DNA from: Mobula hypostoma
Lineage: Eukaryota
Reading direction: 5' to 3'
Assembly: GCF_963921235.1 (NCBI RefSeq)
Contig: NC_086097.1
Span: 164,302,001-164,366,000 of the forward strand
Length of the DNA: 64,000 nt
Part shown: piece after piece, positions 1 through 12,650 of the stretch
Layout: each line of letters begins with the position of its first letter
How positions within the stretch are numbered: position 1 is the first letter of the stretch
Program-made: the position numbers and the translations under genes
Notes under the pieces: model-generated
The model's database searches: none
Seen by the model: the letters and a program-made list of their open reading frames with translations, nothing else
Told to the model about the DNA's origin: nothing

Positions 1-1484
1 TAAGTATACAAAAAAGGTAAGCCATATAAACATTAATACAATGTTAAAGTATAATAAAATTCCAAAAGATAACAATACCAAAAAGAAAATACTACAAACA
101 ATGTAATTTAAACATAAGAAACCAAGATAACATAATAGTATACTAGATTTTATATATATCAATGGAAAAAAAGAAAAAAAAAAAAAAAACCCCAAAAAAA
201 AACCCACCGTGCAACTAACTAAAAGCAAAGCAAAGCAATGGGCTAACTTGAAACCAAACAGAGTTAAACTTAAAATCACGTCCTCAATCCCGACCTCCAT
301 TAAAACAGTGAAGAGAAAACAAGAAGGGTAAATATTACATTAAATGAAAATATCGAATAAAAGGTCCCCAAATCTGTTCAAATTTAAATGAAGAATCATA
401 AAGGTTACTTCTAATTTTCTCCAGATTCAAACATAAAATCGTCTGAGAAAACCAAAAAAAGGTAGTTGGAGCATTAAGCTCTTTCCAATGTTGTAAAATA
501 CATCTTTTCGCCATTAAAGTAAGAAATGCAATCATTCTACGGGCTGAAGGGGAAAGATTACTAGAAATTTTAGGTAGTCCAAAGATAGCAGTAATAGGGT
601 GAGGAGAGATATCTATATTTAATACCTTAGAAATAATATTGAAAATATCTCTCCAAAAAGTTTCCAAAGTAGGGCAAGACCAAAACATATGAGTTAAAGA
701 GGCTATCTGCCCCGAACATCTATCACAGAAAGGATTAATATGCGAGTAAAAACGCGCTAACTTATCTTTGGACATATGTGCTCTATGAACCACTTTAAAT
801 TGAATTAGGGAATGTTTAGCACAAATAGAGGAAGTATTAACTAATTGTAAAATCTGCCCCCAATCATCTACAGAAATGGTAAGCCCCAATTCCTGTTCCC
901 AATCTACCCTAATCTTATCAAATGGAGCTTTCCTAAGTTTCATAATAATATTATAAATCATAGCCGATGCACCTTTCTGACATGGATTAAGGTTAATTAT
1001 CGAATCTAAAATATATATAGGAGGAAGCATTGGAAAGGAAGTAAGTATAGTACTTAGGAAATTTCTAACTTGTAAATATCTAAAAAAATGTATTCTTGAT
1101 AAGTTATATTTGTTAGATAATTGTTCAAAAGACATAAGGGAACCATCTAAAAATAAATCCAAAAACCGTAAAATACCCTTAGTCTTCCAAGTTTGAAAAG
1201 CGCGATCCGTAAAAGAGGGAGGAAAAAATATGTTACCTAAAATAGGAATCGCTAACCCGAATTGATTAAGATCAAAAAATTTTCTGAATTGAAACCAAAT
1301 GCGCAAAGCATATTTAACTATCGGGTTAGAGACCTGCTTAAGACGTTTCGAATCAAAAGGAAGAGAGGAACCTAAAATAGAACCAAGTGTATAACCCTGA
1401 ACAGATTGTAATTCCAATGCTACCCATTTAGGAATAAATAGTATGTCCCGATCAAGTAACCAAAATTTCATATGTCGAATATTA
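1..1484 (-). mobile_element. L1 copy 1, non-inverted 3' part (ORF2 C-terminus with CCHC knuckle plus 3' UTR; tail lies just off-window)
   Basis: Open ORF 335-1471 with CDRC..HMFWSC; about 99% identical by eye to 43060-44540. Confidence 0.93.
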
Positions 1485-3234
1485 CAGAAGTGTCTTAGAT
1501 TACAATGGTGAAGGCTGTGAATTGGTTGATTTTAACTTTTCTGTGCCCTATTTGGGCAGAAAAGTTTACTTTCGATTTCTTAATATGGCTACTAAACTTT
1601 CTTTTTAACTGCGTCATTTCTTTCTTTTCCCAGGGGATTCTGGGTGGTTACTTCCCTTTTGTCATCTTACGTATTTCCTGTGCGGCCTTAAATTTTGTAG
1701 TTTTTGTTTAAATTTTATTCTGTTTTGCTTTTTATAATCACTTTATGTTAATAATCCTATTTTTTTTTGTTGCTGTGTCTATTCATGAGTTTGAGGTTTA
1801 TTGTGGTTTTTTTTTAATATATATTTTCCGGCTTTTGTTCTGTTCTGTGTGTATTCTAATTGAGCTAACTTTTTTTTACTTATTTTTTTACTGTTTTACA
1901 ATTAGCTGATCCTTTTCATATTTATACCTTTTTTTTAGGGAGCGTATACCGGAAGTCATGGGGGTAGTTTTAGCGCTTGCTTCTTTCTGGCGGGTCTGCT
2001 TTAGATTTTGCCTTGGGGTCTTGGGCTGGGGGGTGGCGGGAGGGGCTTCACGTTTTAGTTTGTTTTTCTTTGGGCTATATACATTATTGAAGTACTGGTT
2101 GCGTCCTTTTCCCCGGTATCTTTTGTATGTTCTGTTTCCTCTCCGGGTTTGTGGGTCGCGCCTATTGTCAATCCTCCTTGTCGTGGGTTGACTTTAGGAT
2201 TTATGGAATCTATTATTAATTTTGTCTCCTGGAATACTAATGGTCTTAATCATCCTATTAAAAGAAAAAAAGTTTTTAAAGTGTTCCGGAGACTTAAAGC
2301 ACAAATTTTATTTTTACAAGAGACCCATGTACGGAGGGGGGACAGACTACGTTTTTTCAAATTCTGGAAGGGACAACAATTTCATTCGAACTCCAATGCT
2401 AAGATTCGAGGCGTCTCTATTTTTATAGATTCCTCAGTTACTTTTATACAACAGGATATTATCTCTGATCCGAATGGTAGATTTTTATTGGTTAGTGGTT
2501 TACTATTTAATAAAAAAGTAGTTTTGGTTAATGTTTATGCTCCTAATATGGATTGTCCGGAATTTTATAAATCATTGTTTGATCAGTTTCCGAATTTGAA
2601 CGAGTTTTCATTGATTTGGGGCGGAGATCTTAATACCTGTTTATCTCCAGCTTTGGACCGTTCGGCTCCTTTACGGACTTTACCTAATAAATCTGCAAAT
2701 TTGATTAATTTTTTCCTTTCTGATTCTGGGTCGACGGACATTTGGCGTTTTCTGCATCCTCAGGAAAAAGATTTTTCCTTCTTTTCACATGTTCATCATT
2801 CCTATTCAAGAATTGATTATTTTTTCATTGATTCTCGTCTCATTTCTTCAGTGATTAAATGTGATTATGATTCTATAACCATTTCGGATCATGCTCCACT
2901 TAAGCTTTCTATTAAAATTATGGCCAATATACCAAACAATAGACAATGGCGTTTTAATTCGCTGTTACTTCAGGACTCGGACTTTGTTAATTTTATGAAT
3001 GAACAGATTGAGCTTTTTTTTACAATTAACCATACAGAAGATATTTCGGTTAACACTCTTTGGGACACTTTTAAAGCCTATATTCGGGGTCAGATTATTT
3101 CGTATTCCGTTGCTTTGAGGAAGAAACAGAAGCAGGAGGAGATGGTAATTGTGGACAAGATTAAAGAAATTGATAAGAAATATGTTATGGCTCCTTCTGA
3201 GGAGCTATACAAACAAAGAACTGAACTTCAGATG
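1482..3234 (+). mobile_element. L1 copy 1, inverted arm (AT-rich spacer plus ORF2 APE endonuclease, ATG at 2203)
   Basis: Motifs SWNTNGLN, LQETH, NVYAPN, GGDLN, SRIDY, SDH; reverse complement of about 46140-47888; the ~1.6 kb carrying the RT domain is missing. Confidence 0.93.
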
Positions 3235-3340
3235 TTGGATATCCAAAGCAACACACATAAAATACTGGAAGAACTCAGCAGGTCAGGCAGCATCTATGGA
3301 AAAGAGTAAATAGTCGACGTTTTGGGCCGGGACCCTTCAG
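3229..3340 (-). repeat. Penelope-like terminal repeat fragment; insertion site of L1 copy 1
   Basis: cagatgttggatatccaaagcaacacac...gaactcagcaggtcaggcagcatctatgga...gtcgacgttttgggccgggacccttc, same family as 9305-9400. Confidence 0.75.
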
Positions 3341-3344
3341 TCAC

Positions 3345-4490
3345 GTATCTCATTTGGATGAAAGGACCAAACATCTAGTTGCTAAGTTTGCTGTTGACAC
3401 AATTACAGACAGTAATTTAAGTCATGAAGAGGACATAGAGGCCATAAAAGGAAAGAGATGAGATTAGTGAGTAGGTTGAAAGACTAAGAGGGATTTATAT
3501 ATCCTACTGAATGATATTGCGGAAGGCTTGTATTTAAGTGCAGTGAAAAGCTAAAAAGATATAGACAAATTTGTGCTGTTTTATCTGGAGTGTTAGAAGT
3601 TTATACAATAGTGAGAGCCTTTGATAGGTTAGACAGTGAGAGTATGTTTCCAAAGGTAGAAATGCTAAATTATGGAGGGCATGCATGAAAGGTGAGGTGG
3701 TGGTTTAAAGATGACGTGTGGGTCAAGTTGTTTTTACACAAAGAGTGGTGGTTAGAACGGGCTTCCAGGGGTATGATGGAAGTAGACATGAAGGAGGTTT
3801 TCAGAGAGAGACAGGAATATGCAGGGAACAGTGTGAATGAAGAAGTTCAGTCTGAGGTTGGAATTGTGTTTGGCACGGAAATCACTGGCCAAAGGGTCTG
3901 TTCCTGTGCTGTATATTTCTATGTTCTATCTTCCATATGTTTATCTTTGTTTATTGCTCATGCAAAAGTAGGGATATTATGCGTTAGTTATGTTGGCGCA
4001 GTAATGAGACCATATCTCTACTGATCTTGCTTAAGGAAGGGTGTTGATGCATTAGGAACAGTTTAGAGAAGCTTTACCACAGACATCACTGAAATAGCAG
4101 GGTGTTTTGTAAGAAAAGGCTGTATATGCAGAAGTTTTGAAGGATGATAGCAGAGTTACGGAGCCTGATACAAGATCCTGATGGATCTGGAAAGGATGAA
4201 TGTGCAGAGGATGGTTCCTCTTGTGGGAGAGTTTGGATCTAGCATTACAAATTATAGATGAGAAAGGGCTCTGGGTCTTTGGAACCCTCGCTCACAAAGA
4301 CAGATGGAAGCAGGATCTTTGAATATTTTTAAGGCAAAGGTTGACCAATACATAATACACAGGGGTAAAGGTTATTGCAATTGGATAGAAATATGGAATT
4401 GTGGTTATAATTATGTCTGTTGTGAATTGATTAAATGGTAGAACAGGCTTAAGGAGCCATGTATCAACTCCTGATTCTAATTATTGTTTT
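3345..4490 (+). mobile_element. Degraded CR1 LINE fragments
   Basis: gctaagtttgctgttgacac (KFADD-like), CR1 C-terminal and 3' UTR similarity to other copies in the window. Confidence 0.6.
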
Positions 4491-4698
4491 TGAATATACA
4501 TATTTTAACTTTTCCTTCTAAAATCATTCACAGTGAAAGTTTAATCACTTCAGAGGTTGGAAATTAGCGAGTGATATTGCTGTCTTAGTTGCTATTTTAA
4601 GTTATTCAGAATATAGAATAAAAGTTCAGAATAAGTTTCTATCTGAATGTTTCATTTTCTCATATACTGATGTCTGGAAACTTTTAATCTGTGTGCAG

Positions 4699-4796
4699 GA
4701 CCAATGCAAGAAACAGTCTACGATTTCTGGAGGATGATTTGGCAAGAAAATACTGCTTCTATTGTCATGGTGACAAACCTGGTGGAGGTTGGAAGG
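4699..4796 (+). CDS. PTPRM: PTPRM exon, D1: [33 protein letters not shown]
   Basis: Acceptor tgtgcag, donor gtgagt; PTP DFWRM and IVMVT motifs. Confidence 0.95.
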
Positions 4797-6016
4797 GTGA
4801 GTGTGCCCAGAAGTGAAATGAATCATCTTGAGAGACTTGTCATGGCTTCATTTTCACAGGATGGGCAGAACGATTTCTTTCACTGATCATATGTGAGTTT
4901 TGGTTCCTAGATGTTAGGCAAGTTTCAGTATCAACAAGACCTTGGTTCTAAGCCTGAGTTCTAATCATGAACATTTGACCACAGACTACAACTGGCATGA
5001 TTTCAAATCTCACCTTTCAAATAATTCAATACATACTTTTTTAAGTTAGCTCTGTCTCAGTAATGGCGCCCAAGACCATCAGATTGTGTTGGGAACTCAC
5101 TACCAGGGAGGCTGGTGTTGTTCAGCCATGGAATCTGCTGTCTTTATCCAGTCTAGCTGATGAATGATGTTTGACTTTTAGCTTTCTCCTCAATTCAAGG
5201 TAATAATTAATGCTGGTATTGCCAGTGACGTTCAGATCTTACAAATGAATATATAAGTAACCAGTGTATAAACAAAATAGAAAATTCTGCTGTGAGCTCC
5301 CTGTAACACACTCACTCACCCTCAAAGCAATTTTTAATCATTATAAATGAACTCACCTTAACTGAGATATATGTGTGCCCTCTGCAGAGGATTCAGGAGC
5401 CACAGAAAAGTTTCTGGTTATAGGCTGCACCTCTTGAAAGTGGACTCTGTTCCCAACTCATGTGCTGCCAGTAAAGGACTTTTTTTTAATTTTCCCAGAT
5501 CCAGGCTGTTCTCTTTGTTGCTGATATCAAAGTCACATAAAAGCTGTGCTTTGACTGTTTTCTTCTAACGAACCAATTTTTATAGCAGCATATCACGTAA
5601 CTGCTCACACCGGCCCTGCTTGTATTGAGACTAAAACCTCTGATGTGTCATTAACAGAGATCCATCTGCTGCCTTAGTCGACAGTCCTATTGCATTAAAT
5701 TGCAAAATCACAAGTGGCAATTTTACTTAATGACTTTTCAATATGTTTAGCAGGAAAATATATTTAGTTTAATGGATGGCTGAGGGTTGGCTGGCTGTTT
5801 GTTGAGACAGTGAACTGCATCTCCCAAAAAAAGCTGTTGTTTTGTTATTACTTACTGGAGTCACTTTGTGCATCAGGTCTCTGGTATCTGAGGTGTCTAA
5901 TTAAGGCTTATTGGACCCACACTGGCTGTATAATTACTCAGGTGCCTTGTGACTTTGAGAATATTTATGTGCAAATCCACCGAATAGAAGATCTCCTTTT
6001 GTAGGAAAGATATTTT

Positions 6017-7575
6017 GTAAGAGAGTCTTAGAGTCATACAAAACGAAAAAAGGCCCTTCAGTCCAACTGGTCCATGGTATCCACGCCGGTCCCATTTGAC
6101 TGCTCCTGGCCCATAACCTTTAACCTTTTTTCTATTTAAGCTTTTTCTCAAACCATCTTTTAAAACTTACTATTGTACCTGCTTCAACCGCTTCCTCTGA
6201 CAGCTCATTCCACATACATACCACCCTCTGTCTGAAGAATTTCCCCCTCAAGTGTCTATTAGATCTTTCCCCTCTCATCTTAAACTTATGCCCTTTAGTT
6301 CTTGATTCCCCAACTGTGGGAAAAAGACTGAGTGCATTCACCCTATCTATGCTCCTCATGATTTTATCAACAAGGTCACCACCCAGTCTCCTACGCTCCA
6401 AGGAATAAAGTCTCAGCCTGTCCATCCTTTTCCTATACCTCAGGACTTCAAGTCCTGGCAACATTCTTGTAAATCTTTTCTTCATCCTTTCCAGCTTAAG
6501 AATGTCTTTCCCATAGCAGGGTGAGCAAGACTGAACACAGTACTCCAAGTGCAGCCTCACTAGCTTCTTGTACAAATATACCATCTCCTACCAACTTTTA
6601 TAAGACCATAAGGCATAGGAGCAGAATCAAGCCATTCAGCCCATCGAGTCTGATCTGCCATTTCATTATGGTTGATCCATTTCCCTCTGAATCCCATTTT
6701 CCTGCCTTCTCTCTAGAAACTTTCACACCCTGACTAATCAGACCTCCACCTTAAAATAAACCCAGTGAAATATTGCACAGATTCATGACCCTCTAACTGA
6801 AGAAATTCCTCCTCATCTCTGCTCTAAATGGACAACCCTCTATAATGAGGCTATGCCCTCTGATCTGTGACTCCCCCACCAAAAGAAACATTGGCTTCAC
6901 ATTCACTCTATTTAAGCCTTTCAACATTCGAAAGGTTTCAATGAGATCCCCCTCATTCTTCTAAATTCCAGTAAGTACAGGCCCAAAGCCTCCAATCACT
7001 GCTCAAATGATAACATGTTTATTCCCAGAATCTTTCTTGTGAACCTCCTCTGAATTGCCTTCTTTCTAAGATATGGGATCCAAAACTGCTCATAATACTC
7101 CAAGTGAGGGCTCACCAGTGACTTTTAAAGCGTCAGCATTACATCCTTGCTTTTATATTATCATCCCCTTGAAATGAATGCTAACGTTGCATTGGCCTTC
7201 CTCACCACTGACTCAACTTGCAAATTAATCTGTGGGGAATCTTGCATGAGGACTCCCACATCCAATGGTGCCTCGGATTTCTGAGTTTTCTCCCGATCCA
7301 GAAAACAGTCTATGCTTTTATTCCTTCTACCAAAATGTGTGACCATACACTTCCCGATACTGCATTCCATCTGCCACCTCTTTGCCCACTCTCCTAATCT
7401 GTCTAAGTCCTTCTGCTGCCTCTCTGATTCCTCAATACTACCTGCTCCACCACCTAACTTCATATCATCTGCAAACTTGGCAACAAAGCCATCAATTCCA
7501 TCATCCAATTCATTGACATGCAATGTAGAAAGAAGCGGTCCCAGCATAGACCCCTGTGAAACACCACTAGCTATG
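6017..7575 (-). mobile_element. Two adjacent 5'-truncated CR1 LINEs (about 6017-6590 and 6600-7575)
   Basis: ORFs LVRLHLEYCVQ..LERRRLGGDL and KFADDMKLGG; short tandem tails agagtc and taagac. Confidence 0.85.
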
Positions 7576-7844
7576 GGACAAACCTAAGAGCTATATTCCC
7601 TTGTGTATAAAGCCTTGCATCACGTATATTACAAATTGTACATCCTACCTTGTACCTCTCATCCTGACCCTGACCAAATCTTTTTCACCTTGTCTTCAGT
7701 GATCCACACTGGCTTTTGGTTACCCAAATCTCACATTTAAAATCCTGATACACCTGAAACACACCAAGTATTTCTAGGCACCAGCTCGTAAAAAAGATTG
7801 ATCGGCATTGAAGGAAGTGCAGCATAGGCATACCAGAATCTCAC

Positions 7845-9400
7845 TGACTCCACCACCAACTACAACGGCTCACGATGCCTCTGGACTGGTGACAGTATTG
7901 TAGCCAACCCAGCTTCCAATGACACCAGATCCAGAACCCGGATTCCGCCTCCGCTAATGCCAGTTCCAGTGACCCTGAACACCTTCAGACTGCAAATTGC
8001 GTGGCCACAGCTATGTCTGCCTCTTTATTGGCTATGTAGAACAGTCCATGTTCAAAGCCTTCACCGTTAATACTGCCCGACTCTTCCTCCACTGCTTTGA
8101 CGACTGCATTGGTGCTGCATCATGCACCCATACTGAACTTGTCAATTTCATGAACTTTGCCTCTAACTTCCACTTTGCCCTTAAATTCACTTGGTCCATT
8201 ACTGATACCTTCCTCCCTTTCTCAATCTGTCTGTCTCCATCTCTGGAGACAAGCTGTCAATCAACTTCTTTTATAAACCTACTGATTCCTGTGGTTACCT
8301 TGACTATACCTCTTCCTAACCTGTTTCCTGTAAGAATGCTATTTACTTTTCTCGGTTCCTTTACCTCCACTGCATCTACTTCCAGGATATGACTTTCCTT
8401 TCTAGGACATGAGAGATTCTTCCATCTTCAAAGAACAGGGCTTCCCTTCCTCCACTATTGATGCTGCCCTCACCCGTATCTCTTACATTTCTCAAACTTC
8501 TGCGCTCACCCCATCTTCCCAGCACCTTAACAGTGATAGATTTCCTCTTGCCCTTACCTACCACCTTGTGAGCCTCCGCAACTTCTCCAACCCCCCCACC
8601 CCGCTTTCCGCAGAGCTCGCTCCCTCCCTGATTCCTCTGTCTATTCATCCTTCCCCATTAATCTCCCACCCAGCCCTTACCCTCAAGCAGCCTACGTGCT
8701 ACACCTGACCATTCACCTCCTTCCACATCTCCGTTCTGGGCCCCAGACAGCCCTTCCAGGGAATCTACTGGGGTTGTCTGTTGTGTCTGGTGCTCCCAAT
8801 TCAGCCTTCTCTACCTACGTGGAACCCATCTTAAATTAGGGGACTACTTCATCGATCACCTCGGCTCCATCTCCCTAAAGCGGAACTTCCCAGTGGGCAA
8901 CATTTGAATTCCCATTCCCATTTCAACATGTCAGTCCATGATCTCCTCTTGTGCCAAGATGAGGTCATCCTCAGGGTGGAGGAGCAACACCTTATATTCC
9001 GTCTGGGTGGCCTCCAACCTGACAGCGTGAATATCGATTTCTCCTTCCGGTTAAAAAAAACTCCTTCCCACTCCCCTCTGGCCTTCTTTCATCTCTTCTC
9101 ACCTGCCTATCACTTCCCCTTGGATCTTCTCCTCCTTCTCTTTCCCCCATGATCCACTCTCTTCCCCTATCAGGCTCCTTCTTCTCTAGCCCCTAACCTT
9201 TCCCTCCTGGATAGCTTCACCTATCACCTTCTGGCTAGCCTGCCTTCCTTCCCCCACCTTTTTGTTCTTGCATCTTCCTCACCCACCCCCCCCCCGCTCC
9301 GTTTCACTCCTGAAGAAGGGTCTTGGCCAAAACGTTGACTGTTTATTCATTTCCATAGATGCTGTCTGACCTGCTGAGATCCTCCAGCATTTTGTGTGTG
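7845..9400 (+). mobile_element. Penelope-like element relic (RT C-terminus, GIY-YIG end, pyrimidine-rich 3' UTR, terminal repeat with hammerhead motif)
   Basis: SYVCLFIGYVEQS..FDDCIGAA..ALKFTWSI; EEQHLIFRLGGLQPDSVNIDFS. Confidence 0.85.
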
Positions 9401-10429
9401 ATACCAGAATTACATCTGTGTTGAATAATGAGGATGAATTACACCAACTAGGATTGTATTCTTTAGAATTTAGAAGGTGTGGTGAAGCACTCATGTTATT
9501 ATGTGGAATAATGGGGACAAACAGAGAGAAGCTTTTTCTGCTATTTGGAGAAATCAGGAGAACAATGTCAGCCTTACATCCAGGTCTATCAAGACTGAAG
9601 TTTGCAAGCTGTTCTACATGCAGCAGGTAGTAAAAATTTATCTTCCTGTTCTGCAAACAGCAATTGATGTGAGCTCAGTTGTTAACCTTAGTTAAGATTA
9701 ATCAAACTATATTAAGGATTCTGGAGAAAGGGCAGTTGTATGGGGCTGGTTCTTATTAAATGGCAGACAAGTTTGAGGGATTTGTCACCATCTTTCTGAT
9801 TATTAATGTTAAATTCTTACTCTGTCTCTCCTTATCTCTTTAACCTCTTGAAATCTGGTGGCTCTCTTCCATCCTAGGCCATTTGTCCTGACCAGGGACC
9901 TGCCCCATGAAACTTAAGTGTTTTTGGGAGCAAGTAGGGAAGTTTTAGGAAGCAAGGAAGCAAAACACCAATCAGAACGTGAGCCCACTAATGTTATCAG
10001 AAAACTCAAGGCTTTCATTTCAGTGGCACTAGAGTGGCAATTTATAGAGAGTTTGGCTGCTCCTCCAACTGAGTCTGTCTGTCAACTCACAAATATGGAA
10101 ACAGCATTCAAAATATGAGAAGTCTCTAATTTTGTTATTTCTGGAAGCATCTCATCAGTTGAGAAAGATTAATCCAGCATAGAGGAATGAAATTCCATAC
10201 AACTCAACAGATTTAAAACCACAGGGAAGCCATTAGTATTTTATTTTCATTGACAAAGTGAATAGAGGCCAAAAATTTTCCAACTGAGAAATTAGCTGCA
10301 TTGTGTGATGAACTCAGTGCTGTAGGCTCAAACATTACTCTTGGTGTAAAACTGCATCTTTCACAGTGACAATTTTTACAGAAACATCTCAGAATTGCTC
10401 AAATTATTTAATATACATGAAGCCTGTCA

Positions 10430-11440
10430 TGATATCAAGCTCTTCCCTGCCACCTCCAACTCCATGCCCATTTATTTGGCAAAGATTTCCAACACCATCC
10501 CACTGATGACCCCACTTCATGTCTCTGACAATCCAATTTCTCTTTTACCTTTTACTTTCGACCTTTTAATCTTCAATTGCCATTGCAACATCAATCACCT
10601 CAATTGTCCACGTCCTTCCCAGCCACCATACTCCATCAAGAAGGGGTTAAAGTCTTCTGCTTCTTTCTGAAGCAAAGATCCAACGATCCCTTCCATCAAT
10701 GTTCTCCTACCCCTGACCAAACCTATTCTTACCCTGAACAATTTCTCTTTTGACTACTCCCACTTCCTACAAATCAAAGATATAGCAGTTGGCTCTCTTA
10801 GCTACACCCGTACTTTGTTTGGCTACATGTAACAGTGATTGTTTCAGTCATTCTGTGGTGCCACTCCCCAACTTTTCTCTGTAATGTCAATGACTATATT
10901 AGAGCTATTTCCAAGGCATCGATTTTATCAGCCTCGCAGCTAACTTCTATCCCACTCTCAAATTCATTTTTGGTATTCCTCTCTCTTTCCTGAATCTCAA
11001 GAGAGTAACTATCCATGGATGTTTACTATAAACTTATTGACCGCTACATCTATTTAGATCATGTCTCTTCCTACCCTGTCTCTTGAAAGGGTGCCATCCT
11101 TTCTCCCAGTTTCTCCCGGTCCACTGCATCTGTTCCTAAGATGAGACCTTCCATTCCAGGATATCTGAAATATTATTTTACAGGAAACATGGCTTCAGTA
11201 CTACTGTGGTTGACGGAGCTTTCTCTCACATTTCCTTTGTTTCTCAAACATTTGCTCTCACTCCACTTCCCTACAGATAGAACAGAGAAAGAGGTTCCCA
11301 GCAATGTATTCCATTCAAGTCCAATTTTTTTTCTCTGTATCTTAATATTTAAATCTCTGACTCCTTTGTGATTTTTGTAAACGTTTGCATTTTCACTGTG
11401 CAGATGCTGTCTGATCTGCTGAGTATTTCCAGTAGGTTCT
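10430..11440 (+). mobile_element. Older degraded Penelope-like relic
   Basis: cttaccctgaacaatttctcttttgac (LTLNNFSFD-like RT stretch), segments parallel to 8100-8500, terminal repeat at about 11400. Confidence 0.6.
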
Positions 11441-11849
11441 GATAGAAAGTAGTCTTTACAAAGCTAAAAGATAAAATGAAGAGGAATTCATTTACACAGA
11501 AAGATAGAAGATTCACAAGCAGAATGTTGAAGCCAAAATTGCCGAAGGTCTTTGAATGAGATATTGCAATATGAAAGGGAGATAGGAAGAGCAGCGTGGA
11601 TAAGAATAATTGAAATGAGAAGTAGTCTTGTCTGGATGATAACCAATGTTCTTGTCTATGTCATTCTGAGAAGTTTTTGAAAATAAATTTCTCTTTTTCA
11701 TAGTAGTAGCAGTGAAACATTCATAACAGACCTCTTTTAAAAGATTTATTCATTCCAATCAGGGCCAGTGTTTTCTGTTTTTGTTTGTTTATTCTGTTTC
11801 AGTTAGATTTCCCCTGTTGGTGAAGATAAGATTTCTCCTGATTTGTGAA

Positions 11850-12650
11850 GGGAAGATCTTGCCTGACAAATCTGCTAGAATTCTTTGATGAGTTAACAAG
11901 CAGTTTAGATGAAAGAGAGTTGATCATGTTATATGCCAGTATCTTCTGGAGTTCTTTCACAAAGCACTACACACGAGGAAAGGCACTAGCGTGAATAAAA
12001 GATTGGCTGCTTGGCTGAAATGAGAAAATGGGGATAAAGGGGAATATTTTGGGATGGCTGCCAGTAACCAAGGGTTAGTGTTGGCTCTGCAATCTCTCAC
12101 TTTATATATTAATGATCTGAATGAGGAATTGATGGCATTGTGGCCAAGTTTGCAGATGATATTAAGATAGGTGGAGGGGCAGGTAGGTAGAGAGTCTGCA
12201 AAAGAATTTGTGCAGGTTGGGAGACAAGGCAAAGAAGGGGCAGGTGGAACACAGCATAGGAGAGTGTGAGGTTATGCACTTTTGAAGGAAGAATGTGGTG
12301 TGGAACATTTTCTAAATGAGGAGATAATGGTAGAGCACTTGGGAGTCCTAGTTCAGGATTTCCTTGGGTTGAGTCCATAGTATAGAAAACAAATGCAATG
12401 CTAGCTTTCATTTTGAGAGGACTAGAATATTAAAGTAAGGATGTATTACTGAGGTTCTGTAAGGCAATTGGCAGACCACATTTGGAATATTGTAAGCAAT
12501 TTTGGGTAATACATTGAAGGAAAGATGTGATGATGCTGGAGAGGGTCCAGAGGAAGTTAACAAGAAGTTAACAAGAGTGAAAGGCTTAATGTATGAAGAG
12601 AGTTTGATTTTTCTGGTGGAGTTCAGAAAGTTGAAAACTTTCTCATTGAA
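11850..12650 (+). mobile_element. Degraded CR1 RT fragment; resumes at about 16078-16760 after a nested block
   Basis: gccaagtttgcagatgat (KFADD), agaccacatttggaatattgt (RPHLEYC). Confidence 0.75.

Noticed and set aside
2149..3309. 386-aa ORF as a novel stand-alone endonuclease gene
   Set aside because: It is the L1 ORF2 N-terminus of the inverted arm. The last ~25 codons are read-through into a PLE repeat, and the first ATG is at 2203.
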